This document shows, in pieces, positions 15,571 to 17,285 of a stretch of 17,285 bases of DNA; positions within the stretch are counted from its first letter, which is position 1; each line of letters starts with the position of its first letter. Both the position numbers and the translations under genes were made by a program. The notes beneath the pieces were generated by a model. That model did not search any database. It was not told the DNA's origin and worked only from the letters and a program-made list of their open reading frames with translations. The DNA is from Pirellulales bacterium (lineage in GTDB: Bacteria > Planctomycetota > Planctomycetia > Pirellulales > JAICIG01): NCBI GenBank assembly GCA_040901675.1, contig JBBDYJ010000037.1, positions 66,211-83,495 on the forward strand, in the 5' to 3' direction.

Positions 15571-17181
15571 TTAGCCGTGCGGGTGCGGGTTGGGCAGCGT
15601 GGCGGCCTCGCCGCCGTGCTTGGCCTCGGGAATCGCGTCTTCGTCGTCGTTGCCGCCCGCGGCCTGGTCGAGCGCCTCGGCATCACTGGTATCGAGGACG
15701 TAGGGAACATCCTTGAAACGCGCTTCGGAGAGGATCAAGTCAAGCGCCTTGCGCTCGATGATCTGGTTGCGGAGCGTATCCATGAGGCCGCGCTTCTCGA
15801 GCTGGGCCCGCACGCGGCGGGGGCTCTCGCCGCTCTGCTCGGCGATCAACTCGATCTCCAGGTCGTAATCGTCCGGAGTATCCTGAATGCTCTGGGCCTC
15901 GGCGATCCGCTCCAGGATGAAGTGCTCCTTCAGGGCGCGGGCCGTCGACTCGCGGCTGTTCTGCCGCAGTAGGTTCTCGCGCTGGCGGATCTCCGCGTCG
16001 CTGAAGCCGCTCCGCCGCAGCTCGAGCACGCTGCGCTCCAATTCGCGGCGGCTCTGCCGCTTGAGCAGATCAGGGGGCAGGTCCCAGTCGGCGGCCACGG
16101 TCAACGCCGCCAGGACCTGCTTGCGGGCCCGCTGCTGCTGCTCGTACGCCAGCCGGCGGTGGAGACTGTCGCGGATCGTGTCGCGCAACGCCGCTTCCGA
16201 CTCAAAGTCTCCCAGTTGTTCGAGGAAGGAAGGGGTCAGCTCGGGCAGCTCCAGCTTCTTCACCTCCAGCACCTCGAACACGGCCGTCACGCTCTTGCCG
16301 CGCAAGGCCTCGTTGGGCGCGTCGGCGGACAACTGGGCCTCGCCGACGCGGGTCTCGCCGGCGCGGACGCCCCGCATCAGCTTGTCGAAGCGCTCGATCT
16401 TGCCGTCGCGAAAACTCAGGACCGGGCGGATGCGGATGATCTCCTCCTTGACGCTGGAGATGTCCTGCTCGCCGGTCTTGAACGTAAGGTTCAGCGACAG
16501 GTAATCGCCCACGTCGGCCGGTCCATCGAAGGGCACCAGCCGGCCGCGGCGGGACAGAAGGTTGGTGAACTGATCGTCGACGTCCTTCTCGGTAAACTCG
16601 CGGACGGGCCGTTCGATGGTCAGTCCTTTCCAGACCGGCAGATCGAACTCGGGCCGGACCTCGAGGTCGAACTCGAACACCATGGGGCCGTCGTCGGGCA
16701 CGGTGACGGCCGAGGGGTCGAAGGCCGGTTCGCTGATCGCCGACAGCTCGTGGTCCTCGGAGACCTGTCCCAGGCTGTCGACCAGCAGCGATCCCTTGAC
16801 CTTCTCGGTGACGTCCTTGCGGAAGCGCAGCTCGACCAGCTTGCGCGGCGCCCGGCCGGCGCGGAAGCCCGGCACCTCGGCGGTGGTCATCAACTCGCTG
16901 AAGGCGTCGGAGTAATAGCGTTCGATGTCCTGGCGTGGAATGGTCACGGTGATGTGCCGCTCGCAGGCGCTTTTCGTGTCGATTCGGACGTCGAGGGCCA
17001 GCTTGGCTTTCTCTTCCTCACCAGCTTGGTCCGCCTCGCCCCCGCCGTTTTCCAGGCGGCCGCCGCCGGCCGGGGAGGTTTCCTCGGCCACGTTGCCGGC
17101 GTTCTGAACACGGCCGCCCTGCCCCCCCGGTCCCCCTGAAGCGGAGCCGGTCCGCGGTTCGTCGCTGGATGACATCATCAT
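15571..17181 (-). CDS. tig: Trigger factor
   Basis: Ribosome-binding signature [29 protein letters not shown]-like region ending [17 protein letters not shown]-terminal chaperone domain; located upstream of clpP. Start is one of ATG 17181/17178/17175. Confidence 0.95.
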   Translation of the reverse strand: MMMSSSDEPRTGSASGGPGGQGGRVQNAGNVAEETSPAGGGRLENGGGEADQAGEEEKAKLALDVRIDTKSACERHITVTIPRQDIERYYSDAFSELMTTAEVPGFRAGRAPRKLVELRFRKDVTEKVKGSLLVDSLGQVSEDHELSAISEPAFDPSAVTVPDDGPMVFEFDLEVRPEFDLPVWKGLTIERPVREFTEKDVDDQFTNLLSRRGRLVPFDGPADVGDYLSLNLTFKTGEQDISSVKEEIIRIRPVLSFRDGKIERFDKLMRGVRAGETRVGEAQLSADAPNEALRGKSVTAVFEVLEVKKLELPELTPSFLEQLGDFESEAALRDTIRDSLHRRLAYEQQQRARKQVLAALTVAADWDLPPDLLKRQSRRELERSVLELRRSGFSDAEIRQRENLLRQNSRESTARALKEHFILERIAEAQSIQDTPDDYDLEIELIAEQSGESPRRVRAQLEKRGLMDTLRNQIIERKALDLILSEARFKDVPYVLDTSDAEALDQAAGGNDDEDAIPEAKHGGEAATLPNPHPHG

Positions 17182-17230
17182 TCGATTTGCCTCTGCCGAT
17201 TCGACCCCGCTGCCAACCCAAAGACGGGAA

Positions 17231-17285
17231 AGCGGGTGATGGGATTCGAACCCACGACAACGACGTTGGCAACGTCGTGCTCTAC
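17231..17285 (-). tRNA. tRNA-Gly (anticodon GCC), 5' part outside the window
   Basis: Minus strand ...GTAGAGCACGACGTTGCCAACGTCGTTGTCGTGGGTTCGAATCCCATCACCCGCT: anticodon stem CGACG/CGTCG with loop TTGCCAA, T-loop TTCGAAT, U discriminator, no encoded CCA. Confidence 0.93.

Noticed and set aside
15549..15710. N-terminal extension of the upstream clpP
   Set aside because: Overlaps the 3' end of tig in another frame and has no ClpP-like sequence.
13098..17139. Long plus-strand ORFs opposite the lipoprotein, clpP and tig genes
   Set aside because: Antisense shadows of well-supported minus-strand genes.

Overview
High-GC bacterial chromosomal segment, most likely Planctomycetota (inferred from the tig-clpP-clpP order, DUF1080, a TPR/FG-GAP/ASPIC-UnbV lipoprotein and the FlgM-like sequence style; not verified by search). 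Left to right: 3' end of an AhpD/CMD-like gene; a secreted 4xEF-hand + iodothyronine-deiodinase-like thioredoxin-fold gene that the ORF track splits at an in-frame TGA (1379-1381); DUF2071 gene; tRNA-Arg(UCU); SRAP/YedK-type gene; 14-unit heptamer array; CHAD protein; large TPR/FG-GAP/ASPIC-UnbV lipoprotein; nitrilase-family hydrolase; 524-aa protein with DUF2325-like C-terminus; ~480 bp structured intergenic region (rod-like ncRNA candidate plus terminator); mini FlgM-like ORF coupled to a DUF1080 gene; hypothetical lipoprotein; clpP-clpP-tig; truncated tRNA-Gly(GCC). The main finding is the TGA at 1379. It sits at the catalytic position of the deiodinase motif (FGSFT-U-GPF), the frame stays open into the rest of the domain, and a bacterial SECIS-like hairpin follows, so the gene is very probably a selenoprotein (413-1801). 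All family calls come from motif recognition by eye, not database searches.
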